A DNA stretch of 63,902 bases, filler included, from an uncultured bacterium (lineage in GTDB: Bacteria; DAOPZR01), in NCBI GenBank assembly GCA_964637655.1. It is 4 parts of 4 records of this genome, joined end to end, with 100 filler letters (N's around TTAATTAATTAA, not from the genome) between each part and the next. Parts side by side here need not be neighbours in the genome. Positions count along the whole stretch, not along the records: positions 48,782 to 63,902 come from CAZWUZ010000058.1; 3 more parts are not named here. The stretch is one strand, 5' to 3'. The position numbers were made by a program, and so were the translations under genes. Below are positions 48,782 to 59,785 of the stretch, piece by piece; the stretch's first letter is position 1; each line of letters starts with the position of its first letter. The notes beneath the pieces were generated by a model. The model did no database searches. It was not told the origin of the DNA and saw only the letters and a list, made by a program, of their open reading frames with translations.

Positions 48782-49675
48782 GACCACGCCCTTGTTTTCG
48801 ACGCCGAAATAGGCGTCGTTGCCCTTGTTGCCGAGCAGGTCGCGCAGGTCGACGTTCTTCTGTTCGAGTGCCACCTGCTGGTCATGCAGCATCTGCCGCG
48901 ACAGGTCGCGCGCGAGGCGGCTGCGGCGGCGGTCGGTAACATCGCGGAAAAACCAGACGCGCCCGCGACAGGCATCGTCATCGCCGCGCATCGGCGCCGT
49001 GTAGCGCTCGACTATCCGCCCGTCGCGCAGCGTGATCTCGTCAGTGGCCGCCTCCTCCGGGTGCGCATTGAGGTGCTGCAGGCGGTCACGATAGGCCTCG
49101 GGCTGCGCCACCCGCTCGCACATCACCCCGCGCAACAGGTCAACATCGCGCAGGCGCAGCGTGGCCGGCGGAATATCCCACAGTTCCGCGAACCGCCGGT
49201 TATGCGACAGCACCAGCCCCTGCTCGTCGATCACGAGAATACCGTCAGGGGAAACCTCCTGCTGCGTACGCAGGATGCGGTTGCTCCGTTCGAGCGCGGC
49301 CTGTGCCGCCACGCGTTCACCGATATCACGCGCCACGCTGACAATGAGGTTCCGCCCGCCGGCAGTCAGCAGGCGGGCATGCACCTCGACCGGGCAAACG
49401 GTGCCATCCTTCGCCCGGTGCGCGCTGGTGAAAATGGTCTGACCGGTTCTTTTCAGTTCGCGTATGCGGTCAATGATGTGCGCGGCGGCATCGGGTGCGT
49501 CGAGTTCCGGAAGCGTCAGCGCCAGCAGTTCGCTGCGCGTGTAGCCGCCGGCGGCCGCCGCGGCGCGGTTGGCATACAGCATGCGCCCTTTCAGGTCGAA
49601 CAGGTAGACCGGGTCGGCGATGCTGTCGAGCAGTTCCGTTGCCGGTACCGATACGTGCTTCCCGGTGACAATCAT
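48782..49675 (-). CDS. Tandem PAS-domain sensor protein, truncated by contig end
   Basis: DPVYLFD..G..YAN..GYTRSEL..HRAKDG..ARDI; SPDGILVID..NRRF..GRVWFFRDVT. Confidence 0.85.
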
Positions 49676-49964
49676 ACACCCTCCGCGTCGATAGTACCAT
49701 ATAGCATTATGCACGGCAAATTCATGCTATACGCAGCCGTACCGCAACTGACACCCCCCCGGCATCAAGTCATATCATATCTAATAGCAGCACTATATGT
49801 TCACTGCAAGTTTTGACATATTTTGGCAGTATGCACCACGAATATCGTATAGTTATACTATATTATTTATACTCGCACATTGCCTCTTGGCAAAGCCACC
49901 GGAATGCGGTAAGGTAGGGGCGCGATACGCAGAAACTGAATAGCAACAGTTTGGGGGAGGGAAT

Positions 49965-50246
49965 ATGTCACACACGTTGCACACCCGTCTGGCCGACGAG
50001 GAGTACCACACGCTGGCACTGCTCGTCGGGGAGCATTCCGGCATCTGCCTGGGTGCTGCCGCCCGGGAGGCCGTCTGCACCCGCGCCCGGCAGCAGATGC
50101 ACGAGCATGGCTGCCGGCGCTTCGGCGACTACCTCGACCGTCTGCAGCACGACAGGGCCCATACGCTCCTTGCCGACCTTTGCGCCCCGCTGCACTGCCG
50201 CGCGCCACGTCTCTTTGCCGGCAGCGCGGTACGGTGCGACGCATGA
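49965..50246 (+). CDS. Small protein resembling a stand-alone CheR N-terminal helical domain
   Basis: LADEEY..L..LV.EHSGICL...R...M...G...F.DYL..L; GGAGG RBS; ATGA coupling to the next gene. Confidence 0.55.
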   Translation: MSHTLHTRLADEEYHTLALLVGEHSGICLGAAAREAVCTRARQQMHEHGCRRFGDYLDRLQHDRAHTLLADLCAPLHCRAPRLFAGSAVRCDA

Positions 50247-50650
50247 GCGCCCGGCGACAATCGCCACCGCTGGTGATGCTGGTGGATGACGACCCCGACA
50301 CGCTCACGTTTCTCACTGATTTCCTGCACAGCGAAGGGTTCCGGGTGAGTGCGTGGACGGACTGGTCGGACGCGGAGCGTACGCTGGCGGACGAAGTGCC
50401 TGCCCTGCTTGTCCTCGACGTGATGATGCCCGCGGTCAGCGGCTACCGGGCAGCGGAACGACTGCGTCGGCAGTGCGGGCGCAGCGTTCCCGTCCTGATG
50501 TACTCGGCCCTCAGCCGTGATGACGCGGTCGTGCAGGGCTTTGCCAGCGGCACCAACGCCTACCTGTGCAAACCGGCCTCGCTGGAGCAGCTGCGCGCGG
50601 TCATCGCGCACCTGCTGGCCGAGTCACGCGAACTGCAGCGTTCGGCTTAG
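50243..50650 (+). CDS. Single-domain response regulator
   Basis: VMLVDDD, VLDVMMP..SG, YSA, YLCKP. Confidence 0.88.
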   Translation: MSARRQSPPLVMLVDDDPDTLTFLTDFLHSEGFRVSAWTDWSDAERTLADEVPALLVLDVMMPAVSGYRAAERLRRQCGRSVPVLMYSALSRDDAVVQGFASGTNAYLCKPASLEQLRAVIAHLLAESRELQRSA

Positions 50651-51534
50651 CCGTTCCTCTCCGCCAGCCAGCGCGGGATGCCGACCGCCGGCTCGACCGG
50701 CTCGAAACCGTCCGGCGGCAACGGGGCGACGATGAACCCGCAGTTTTCCGGCCGCGGGATGAAATCCTTCAGGTCGCGCATGCGCATCATGTGCAACAGG
50801 CGCTCCGGCTGCGCGATTCCTGTCCGCTGCGCCACCATGCGGGCGAATTCGTAGCGGCTGATAACCTCGGGACAGCCGAGATGCCATATTCCCGCCTGTT
50901 CATTCTGTACGAGCCGCCAGATCCCCTCCGCGGTGTCAGCCGTGTGGATGAACGAGCGGAACTGGTCAGTAAAGAGGTTCTGCACCTGTCCCGCATGCAG
51001 CGCATGGTACAGGCTCTCCGCATAGTGCGGGTTGTGCGCAGGCCCCCAGCCGTAGTTGATGGCACAGCGGACAACGCAACCATGCTCCCCGAGTTCGCGG
51101 ATGAGCAGTTCGCCGCGGTACTTGGTCTCACCGTAGAACGACAGCGGGGCAGGTTGCGCCTCTGCTGCGTACGGTCCCTGCTTCCCGTCGAAGACCAGAT
51201 CGGTCGAGGTGTAGCAGACGCGTGCGCCGTTGTCTGCGGCCCAGTCGACAATGGTGCGCGTGCTGCCGACATTCACCGCCTCCGCGCGCGCCTTGTCCCG
51301 CTCGCACTCTTCCGCGGTCGCCATGGCCGCGGCGTGGATAATGGCGGACGGTTTCACGCGGTCAAGCAGTTCGCGCAGCGTCCGTGCATCGGCGATATCG
51401 AGGTGTGCGCCGTTCGCGCCCACGGGAAGATGCCGCCCGCCCACCGCGAACACCTCGACACCAAACGGTTTGCCTGCCAGCAGGTACTGCCCGATATGCC
51501 CGCTTGCCCCGGTAATGAGTACTGTTCCGGTCAT
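50647..51534 (-). CDS. RmlD-like extended SDR (dTDP-4-dehydrorhamnose reductase family)
   Basis: LITGASGHIG, IHAAA, STDLVFDG, YGETK, TDQFRS. Confidence 0.88.
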   Translation of the reverse strand: MTGTVLITGASGHIGQYLLAGKPFGVEVFAVGGRHLPVGANGAHLDIADARTLRELLDRVKPSAIIHAAAMATAEECERDKARAEAVNVGSTRTIVDWAADNGARVCYTSTDLVFDGKQGPYAAEAQPAPLSFYGETKYRGELLIRELGEHGCVVRCAINYGWGPAHNPHYAESLYHALHAGQVQNLFTDQFRSFIHTADTAEGIWRLVQNEQAGIWHLGCPEVISRYEFARMVAQRTGIAQPERLLHMMRMRDLKDFIPRPENCGFIVAPLPPDGFEPVEPAVGIPRWLAERNG

Positions 51535-51551
51535 AAAAAAGTCTCCCTACT

Positions 51552-51693
51552 GGGGACGGGTGTTAACAAACTTACAAACTTTCCTGAGCGTGCCTTATAA
51601 GCCACTTTCAGCCCCTCATCCAAGTCATTCGCCGTATAAAGGCATTATAAGGCCCCTGCACAAAAGTTTGTTAATTTGTAAACACCTGTCCCC
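51552..51693. mobile_element. 142-bp AT-rich MITE/REPIN-like element, copy A
   Basis: Imperfect ~30-bp terminal inverted repeats GGGGAC(G/A)GGTGTT...AACACCTGTCCCC; core identical to copy B. Confidence 0.8.
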
Positions 51694-51725
51694 TTTGTGC
51701 CGCCCGGTAATCAGTACCGTCCCGG

Positions 51726-52253
51726 TCATGCCAGCGACTCCGTCGCCATGCGGTGATACTCTCCGTTGCGGCTTTGCATGAGCACGAGTTCCTGCACGGG
51801 CATGGTGCCGAATACGCGGCGATCCACGCACACAGCCGACAGGTCGCGCCCCGCGCGCCGGCAGCGGGCAATGGTCACGTGCGGGTGATACGGACGCTCG
51901 TCAACGGCAAAACCTTCCGCGACCGCCGCCTGTTGCAGGCGCTGCTGCAAGAGCGTCACTGCCGGGGTATCCGCAATACCTGCCCAGAGCACACGCCCCA
52001 ACGCCGGCGCGGGAAACGCCCCAAGTCCCTGCAGCATCAGCGAAAAAGCCGGCGTGCCATGAACTGTTTGCAGCACCCGGTGCATCGCCCCCTCTTTGTC
52101 CGCCGCCTGCGGCCCGAGAAAGAGCAGTGTCAGGTGGTACTTGTCTGCCTGTTCCCAGCGCATCCATGCCGGCGGCAGTTCGAGCCGTCCTGTCAGTCCG
52201 CGCAGTCGCTCGCGCACTTCCTCAGCCAGCATGATACCGATAAACCAGTTCAA
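51726..52253 (-). CDS. thpR: RNA 2',3'-cyclic phosphodiesterase (2H phosphoesterase)
   Basis: Two HxT motifs (HLTLLFLG, PHVTIAR), GAFP..RVLWAG; probable TTG start with GGAG RBS. Confidence 0.88.
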   Translation of the reverse strand: MNWFIGIMLAEEVRERLRGLTGRLELPPAWMRWEQADKYHLTLLFLGPQAADKEGAMHRVLQTVHGTPAFSLMLQGLGAFPAPALGRVLWAGIADTPAVTLLQQRLQQAAVAEGFAVDERPYHPHVTIARCRRAGRDLSAVCVDRRVFGTMPVQELVLMQSRNGEYHRMATESLA

Positions 52254-52272
52254 AGGTAATACTCCATCACAT

Positions 52273-52414
52273 GGGGACAGGTGTTGACAAATTGACAAAC
52301 TTTCCTGAGCGTGCCTTATAAGCCACTTTCAGCCCCTCATCCAAGTCATTCGCCGTATAAAGGCATTATAAGGCCTCTACAGAAAAGTTAGTCAATTTGT
52401 CAACACCCGTCCCC
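52273..52414. mobile_element. 142-bp AT-rich MITE/REPIN-like element, copy B
   Basis: GGGGACAGGTGTTGACAAATTGAC...GTCAATTTGTCAACACCCGTCCCC; same orientation as copy A, 721 bp away. Confidence 0.8.
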
Positions 52415-52421
52415 AGCATGT

Positions 52422-52859
52422 TCAGGGGATGCTTTCCATCACGCCCTGCGCGAAGATGTAGCGGATGGTTTCGGCTCTGTCGAAATCGGAATCGTGCACT
52501 GACTGAAGAGTATAGTTGCTGCCGTCGCTGGTAAAGGTGTAGGCGTTGTCCCACGGGTCGGGCGTGATGGTCGCCATATAAGGGCCAGACCAGCCCGCGG
52601 CATTGTCGCTGTAGAGCTGCAGAAGCGTGACGGGAAACTGTTTGCACTGCACATCGACCTGGTAGAGCGCCAGCGCCGAATTGAACGCCCCGATATCGCC
52701 CGCCGCCGCCCCGCACATATCTTTCTCAATGGAACCAAAACGCGTGCAACGAGTGGGAGTTATTGCCAGTCCGCACACGAGCAGCACAAGGATGGTGACG
52801 GTCAGGCATCCCACCACCCAGACCGCCGGGTTGCCTTTGCCGCGCTCTTCGTCAGCCAT
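52422..52859 (-). CDS. GspG-like pseudopilin-domain protein with single TM
   Basis: ALALYQVD..FP..L..L, GWSGPY, DPWDNAY.F, YTLQS. Confidence 0.65.
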   Translation of the reverse strand: MADEERGKGNPAVWVVGCLTVTILVLLVCGLAITPTRCTRFGSIEKDMCGAAAGDIGAFNSALALYQVDVQCKQFPVTLLQLYSDNAAGWSGPYMATITPDPWDNAYTFTSDGSNYTLQSVHDSDFDRAETIRYIFAQGVMESIP

Positions 52860-52883
52860 GGCCACGCCTCCGCGCTGAATGTT

Positions 52884-53179
52884 CTACAGCCAGCCGGTGA
52901 AGACCAGTATGTTGGAAGTGAGGAGCGCGAGCAGAGCATTGACCACGGCCAGCGCGGTGGCCGCCACCAGCGCCACCACCCGCCGCTGCGGCGCGGTGAG
53001 CAGCGATTCCGGCATGACCAGCAGCAGCCAGCGCACCGCGACGAGCATGACCACCACCAGCAGCGCGGCACTGAGGAAATCGGCCGCCTGCTGCAGGGCG
53101 CCGCTGCGCGCATTCGCCTGCGCGACGACGGCGGCATGCTGCGCCACCAGCGCCACCGAGAGCACCGCCAGCGGGATTC

Positions 53180-53183
<4 letters not shown>
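52884..53183 (-). CDS. Small hypothetical membrane protein
   Basis: ATGA-coupled to the lepA stop; three hydrophobic segments. Confidence 0.5.
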
Positions 53184-54982
<1,799 letters not shown>

Positions 54983-55004
54983 TGCGTCAGTCCTACCATG
55001 TTCA

Positions 55005-56780
55005 TCAGGATGCGGCGTCGAGGCGGCAGACGCCGCCGACGCAGGTCAGGTGTGGAATCAGTTTGTGCAGGCGCGGGACGAGCACCTTGTGCGCGTACTG
55101 CTCGATGGCCCGGCTGCTGGTGAGCGAGAGCAGGGCATCGACGTGTTCCCGGCACTCCTGCACGCTGAGCGCCCGGACCAGCAGCTTGACCGCCGGGACA
55201 TTGGTCGCGCCGAGCGACAGGCAGTCAATGCCCAGGCCGAGAAAATAGACCACGAAGAGCGGGTCCCAGGCGAGTTCGCCGCAGACCGAGAGCGGCTTGT
55301 CCGCGCCGCGGGCGATGCGCGCCACCGCGGCAATGAGACGCAGCACCGCGGGGTGCAGCGGGCGGTAGTATTCCTCGACGCGACGGTTGCCGCGTTCCGC
55401 GGCGAGCGTATACTGCACGAGGTCGTTGGTCCCCAGCGAAAGAAAATCGACGTCGTTGATGATGGTGTCCAGCGCAATGGCCGCGGCGGGGATCTCGATC
55501 ATCGCCCCGACCGGCACGTCCTTGCGGTGCGGAATGCCGCGTCGCTGCAGATCGGCGGCGCATTCCCCCAGCGCCTTGCGCAGCCGGCGCACCTCTTCGA
55601 CGCTGCTGATCATCGGCACCAGCAGGCGCACGTCACCGAGGAAGGCGGCGCGCAGGATGGCGCGGAGCTGCGTGTGCAGCAGGTCGTGGTGGGCGAAGCC
55701 GAGACGGATGGCGCGCAACCCGAGGAAGGGATTCGCATCGGCATCGTCACCGAGGTCGAGCAGCTTGTCCCCGCCCAGGTCGCAGGTGCGGATGACCACG
55801 GGGCGTTGGCCGCACGCCTCGACCAGCGCGCGGTAGGCGGCAAACTGTGTCTGCTCGTCGGGCAGTTCCTCATGGGCGAGGTAGAGGTACTCGCTGCGGA
55901 AGAGCCCCACCCCCTCGCCGCCGGCCGCGACGAGGTCGGCCACCTCATCGGCAGCATCGACATTCCCCCAGACCGCAACCGCGGTACCATCGCGGGTGAC
56001 CGCCGGCTGCTGTGCCGCCGCGCGTTGCGTGACCGACGCGCGGCGCAGTTTTTCCTGCTGCGCGCGGTACTTCTCGATCACCTTCGGAGCGGGATTGAGC
56101 AGCAGTTTCCCCTCGATGGCGTCGAGAATCGCCACTTCGCCGTTGTGTACGCGCCCGATGACCCCGGCCGCACCGGCCAGCGCCGGGATACCGCGCGCGC
56201 GCGCCATGATGGCGGCGTGCGAGGTGGTCGCCCCGACCTCGGTGACGATACCGGCCACCTTGCCCGGCGGAATGGACGCCAGGTCGGACGGATAGAGTTC
56301 ACGCGCCACGAGAATGACCGGTTCGCTCAGCGTCCCGAGGTCGGGACGCCCCTTCTCCTGCAGCACGTGCATGACGCGCCGCCCGACATCGGCGATATCG
56401 GCGAGGCGTTCGCGGAAGTAGGTGTCCCCGATGGCGTTGAACTGCTCGGCCAGGTCCTCGAGCACCTGGTGCACCGCCCACTCGGGCGCCACTTTCTGCG
56501 AACGGATGAGTTCAGTTACCGCGCCGATGAAGAGCGGGTCATCGAGCATCAGCAGTTGCGCGTCGAATACCGCCGCGGTGGCCTCCGCCTCGGCATCGAG
56601 TTTCGCCCGCAGCGCGGTCAGTTCCTGCCCCGCCAGCGTCACCGCCTCGCGGAAGCGGACGAGTTCGGCCTCGAGGCGGTCATCGGGCAGCGTTTCGCGC
56701 CTGACCTGCACCTCCTCGACGTGGTAGACGAGGAGCGGACCGATGGCTATGCCGGTGCCGATGGGAACGCCCTTGAGCAC
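55005..56780 (-). CDS. ptsI: PTS enzyme I
   Basis: [48 protein letters not shown]. Confidence 0.95.
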   Translation of the reverse strand: MLKGVPIGTGIAIGPLLVYHVEEVQVRRETLPDDRLEAELVRFREAVTLAGQELTALRAKLDAEAEATAAVFDAQLLMLDDPLFIGAVTELIRSQKVAPEWAVHQVLEDLAEQFNAIGDTYFRERLADIADVGRRVMHVLQEKGRPDLGTLSEPVILVARELYPSDLASIPPGKVAGIVTEVGATTSHAAIMARARGIPALAGAAGVIGRVHNGEVAILDAIEGKLLLNPAPKVIEKYRAQQEKLRRASVTQRAAAQQPAVTRDGTAVAVWGNVDAADEVADLVAAGGEGVGLFRSEYLYLAHEELPDEQTQFAAYRALVEACGQRPVVIRTCDLGGDKLLDLGDDADANPFLGLRAIRLGFAHHDLLHTQLRAILRAAFLGDVRLLVPMISSVEEVRRLRKALGECAADLQRRGIPHRKDVPVGAMIEIPAAAIALDTIINDVDFLSLGTNDLVQYTLAAERGNRRVEEYYRPLHPAVLRLIAAVARIARGADKPLSVCGELAWDPLFVVYFLGLGIDCLSLGATNVPAVKLLVRALSVQECREHVDALLSLTSSRAIEQYAHKVLVPRLHKLIPHLTCVGGVCRLDAAS

Positions 56781-56783
56781 GCC

Positions 56784-57059
56784 CTACTCTCCCTCGTCGA
56801 ACTTGCGGGCGAACAGGTCGGCCAGCGCGTCAAGCGCCGGCGCTGCTTCGTCGCCGTCAGCCGTCAGCGTCAGTTCCGTCCCCTGCACCGCAGCCAGGGT
56901 CAGGATGCCCATGATCGACTTGGCATTGATCGCCCCGTCGCCCCGCCTGAGCATGATGGTGCACGGGAAGCGGTTGGCCGTCTGCACCACCATCACCGCG
57001 GCGCGCGCATGCAGTCCCGCGCGGTTGTTGACCGTCACCGTGCGTGTCAGTTCCCCCAT
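56784..57059 (-). CDS. ptsH: Phosphocarrier HPr
   Basis: GLHARAA (His15) and NAKSIMGIL (Ser46). Confidence 0.95.
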   Translation of the reverse strand: MGELTRTVTVNNRAGLHARAAVMVVQTANRFPCTIMLRRGDGAINAKSIMGILTLAAVQGTELTLTADGDEAAPALDALADLFARKFDEGE

Positions 57060-57847
57060 AGGGCACCTCCCCACCCGGCCATCACGCTGACCGCGGCGGT
57101 AATGAACAGGATGCGGGTCACGCCCAGCCGGCGGACCAGCGCAAAGAGATAGGCGGCAAAGAGCAGCCAGGCCCCGAGCACCCAGTGCAGGAACTCGCTC
57201 TCCGTGAACTGCGGCAGCTGCCCGGCAAACGTCGTGGTGACGAGCGCGTCCGGCAGGTAGACCAGCAGCGCGCCGAGCAGCAGCAGCCCGACGCGGCGCA
57301 GCGTGCCGAGGCGCTCGCGGAATCCGCGCAGGTAGGTGCGGATGGCTGCCTCCCCTTCGTGCCAGCCGGCAAGCAGCCCGAAGCGGCGGATATGCAGGTG
57401 CGAGAGGTTGTAGCCGAGCACCGCGAGCAGCGCGCCCCACCACTTCAGCGCGGGGGGGGCAAGTTGCACCCAGCAGATGCCGATGAGCCCCCAGAGCGGG
57501 CGCAGTCCCTCCCAGAACCAGGCGCCGCCGGCCGCTGCCAGCGGGCCGAGCAGACGATCACTCTCCTGCTTGACTGCCGCCACCGCTGACGCGTCGTCCC
57601 CCTTCTCCGCCTCGATGCGGCTGAACACGCCGACCAGCAGCGAGACGAAATAGGGATGCGTATTGAAAAAGTCAAGATACTTGCGCAGGGCGAGACGCCC
57701 GGCCGTGCCCGTTCCGCGCAATTGTTCGACAACCGGAGCCATCATCATCGTCAGCCCGAGGTTGAGCATGCGCTCGCTGTTCCACGCGACCTGCACGAAG
57801 AGCGAGCGCCACCAGAGCGCGGTAACCGGAAAGCGGAATTCAGCCAT
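57047..57847 (-). CDS. PTS mannose/fructose/sorbose family IID component
   Basis: RSLFVQVAWNSERM, FFNTHPY, GPLAAAG..FW..LRP. Confidence 0.9.
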   Translation of the reverse strand: MAEFRFPVTALWWRSLFVQVAWNSERMLNLGLTMMMAPVVEQLRGTGTAGRLALRKYLDFFNTHPYFVSLLVGVFSRIEAEKGDDASAVAAVKQESDRLLGPLAAAGGAWFWEGLRPLWGLIGICWVQLAPPALKWWGALLAVLGYNLSHLHIRRFGLLAGWHEGEAAIRTYLRGFRERLGTLRRVGLLLLGALLVYLPDALVTTTFAGQLPQFTESEFLHWVLGAWLLFAAYLFALVRRLGVTRILFITAAVSVMAGWGGALWGN

Positions 57848-58638
57848 GGGCCACCAGCAGGCGGCGTGCGGTGATATAGACCAGTCCGCCAGCGAGCAGG
57901 ACGACCAGGGCCACCAGCGGCGGGAGGTGCGGCAGCAGCAGGCGCTGCGCGATGGCCAGCGCGGCGCCGGCCAGCAGCCAGCGCTTGAGCGACAGGCCGT
58001 CAAACAGGTTGGTGAAGACCGCCAGCCCGAGGAAGNNNNNNNNNNAACCCGGCAAAGGCCAGCCCGTGGCACGACGACTCGTCGAGCGCGACGTAGATTT
58101 GCGGCAGCAGCCAGAGATAGAACGGCGCGAAGACCGCGAGGATGACCGTATGCAGCGCCCAGTAACGCGGCAGCGGTTTGAGGTTGAGCCAGAAGAGACG
58201 GTTGAACTCGCCGCGCGCCACCGCGGCGGTGCATTCCCCGTTGAGCGAAACGATGGTACGCCGCAGGCGCAGCGTCCAGTGCTTGGCCAGATAACTGACC
58301 GGAATGCAGAACAGCACGATAAGAAAGAGTCCGGCGACGACAGCATACGGCTGCTCGCCTTCCCAGCCGCCCGGCCAGCGGGCGATGACGATGGCGCAGA
58401 GCACCCCGAGCACCGTCGATGAGGGGCGCTGCGTCTCCCCCAGCGGGATGACATTGGCCCAGAGCAGTTCGAGCATCGCGCCCATCAGCAGCGGGTGGAG
58501 CATGTCCCCCAGCAGCCAGCCGAAGATGGCGCCCGTCACCAGCGGGCGCGACAGCAGCCCCTGGAAGACAACATTGTTGTCGAGGAGCAGTGCGCCCCCC
58601 AGCGCGGCCGCGGCCAGCAGCACGGGCAGTTCGCTCAT
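57840..58638 (-). CDS. PTS mannose/fructose/sorbose family IIC component, spanning a 10-N gap at 58036-58045
   Basis: LD..FQ.LLSRPLVTG..G.LLGD...GAMLELLW..IPLG; the C-terminal part continues in another frame after the gap. Confidence 0.85.
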
Positions 58639-58825
58639 GGCCTGCTCCCGGCCGGACGCGGTGCGCGCTGCTCCCGCCGTCGCGCAGCGACGGCGGGTGC
58701 ACTCTTTTCAGTCAGCGCGGCCGCGGCCAGCAGCACGGGCAGTTCGCTCAGCATTTCCGGACCGCTCCGGCAGACAGCTGCCACAATACGTGCGAACCAC
58801 ATCCGCCCGCAGGATGCACCTCACA

Positions 58826-58857
58826 CTCTCCGTGTGCTCTGTGTGCTCTGTGGTGAA
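58826..58857. repeat. Solo arm of the CACACAGAG repeat family inside the PTS operon
   Basis: CTCTCCGTGTGCTCTGTGTGCTCTGTGGTGAA, near-identical to 37059-37088. Confidence 0.8.
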
Positions 58858-58871
58858 ATCTGCTGGCAGTA

Positions 58872-59384
58872 TCAGCCATTGCCGAGCATCTCGCTGAGGT
58901 TGAGCGGTTTGCTGCCGGGCAGGGGCATAAAGACCACCTCGGTACCCGCCGCGAGCAGATCGCGCGTTTCCTGCATTTCAGCCGCGCTCAGGTAGAGCCC
59001 GTCATGCAGTTTTTCCCGCCCGGGGCGGTGATAGAGCCCGCCGATATGGATGCGGCGCGGCGCGTCCTCGCCCAGCGCGGTCAGCAGGTGCAGCGCGCCC
59101 GCCACCGTCGCGGTCAGCGTCATCACCTCGTGACGCGCCCCGCGCCAGTCGCGGCGCAGCCACTGCGCCGCCCCCGGCTCGTCGGCAATCTGCAGCTCGA
59201 GCCCCGACGGCACGATAAGGCGGTAGAGTTCGCTGCTGTCCGGGTCGCGGGCCACCGTCGCCGAGGCGATGGCCAGCCCTTTGAGGTTGAGCGTGGTCAC
59301 CCAGCCGATGAGCACCTGCGCATGGATGAGCCGCTCGTCGATGCGGACGAGGAATTCGCCGCGGTTGCCGTACGCGCTGTTCAT
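58872..59384 (-). CDS. PTS mannose family IIB component
   Basis: RIDERLIHAQV..W, IHIGG, LP. Confidence 0.88.
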   Translation of the reverse strand: MNSAYGNRGEFLVRIDERLIHAQVLIGWVTTLNLKGLAIASATVARDPDSSELYRLIVPSGLELQIADEPGAAQWLRRDWRGARHEVMTLTATVAGALHLLTALGEDAPRRIHIGGLYHRPGREKLHDGLYLSAAEMQETRDLLAAGTEVVFMPLPGSKPLNLSEMLGNG

Positions 59385-59773
59385 GTCCCCTCCACCACCA
59401 TGATCCCCTTGTGCGCCGCCGCCTGCAGCTTCTCGACCAGTTCTTTGCACCCCATGCCGCAGGTGGCGCCGAGCTGCGCCTCGAGCATCGTGTTGAGATT
59501 GACCCCGGTAAGAATGCAGCCCGGGTGGTTCTTGAGAAAGCGCTTCGCCACCTGGAAGCAGGTGCCGCCGAAGATGTCGACGAGGAACAGGTACTCGTCC
59601 GCCGGCTGCTGCGCGCGCGCGAATTCCTCGATCTTCGCCAGCAACGCCTCCTGCCCCTCGTCATGCAGCAGGTTGAAGGAACTGATTCCCTCGCAGCAGC
59701 CGCAGATGAGCGACGCGGTGGAACAGAGTTCACCGGCCAGACGGTTATGTCCAAGCACCACGATGCGCAACAT
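59381..59773 (-). CDS. PTS mannose family IIA component
   Basis: VVLGH..LA, LVDIFGGT, TGVNL. Confidence 0.9.
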   Translation of the reverse strand: MLRIVVLGHNRLAGELCSTASLICGCCEGISSFNLLHDEGQEALLAKIEEFARAQQPADEYLFLVDIFGGTCFQVAKRFLKNHPGCILTGVNLNTMLEAQLGATCGMGCKELVEKLQAAAHKGIMVVEGT

Positions 59774-59785
59774 AGTCCACTCCTC

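Noticed and set aside
57840-58638. Apparent frameshift in PTS IIC and apparent IIC-IID fusion ORF 57047-58702
   Set aside because: The frame change coincides with a 10-N gap of arbitrary length, so it is an assembly artefact.
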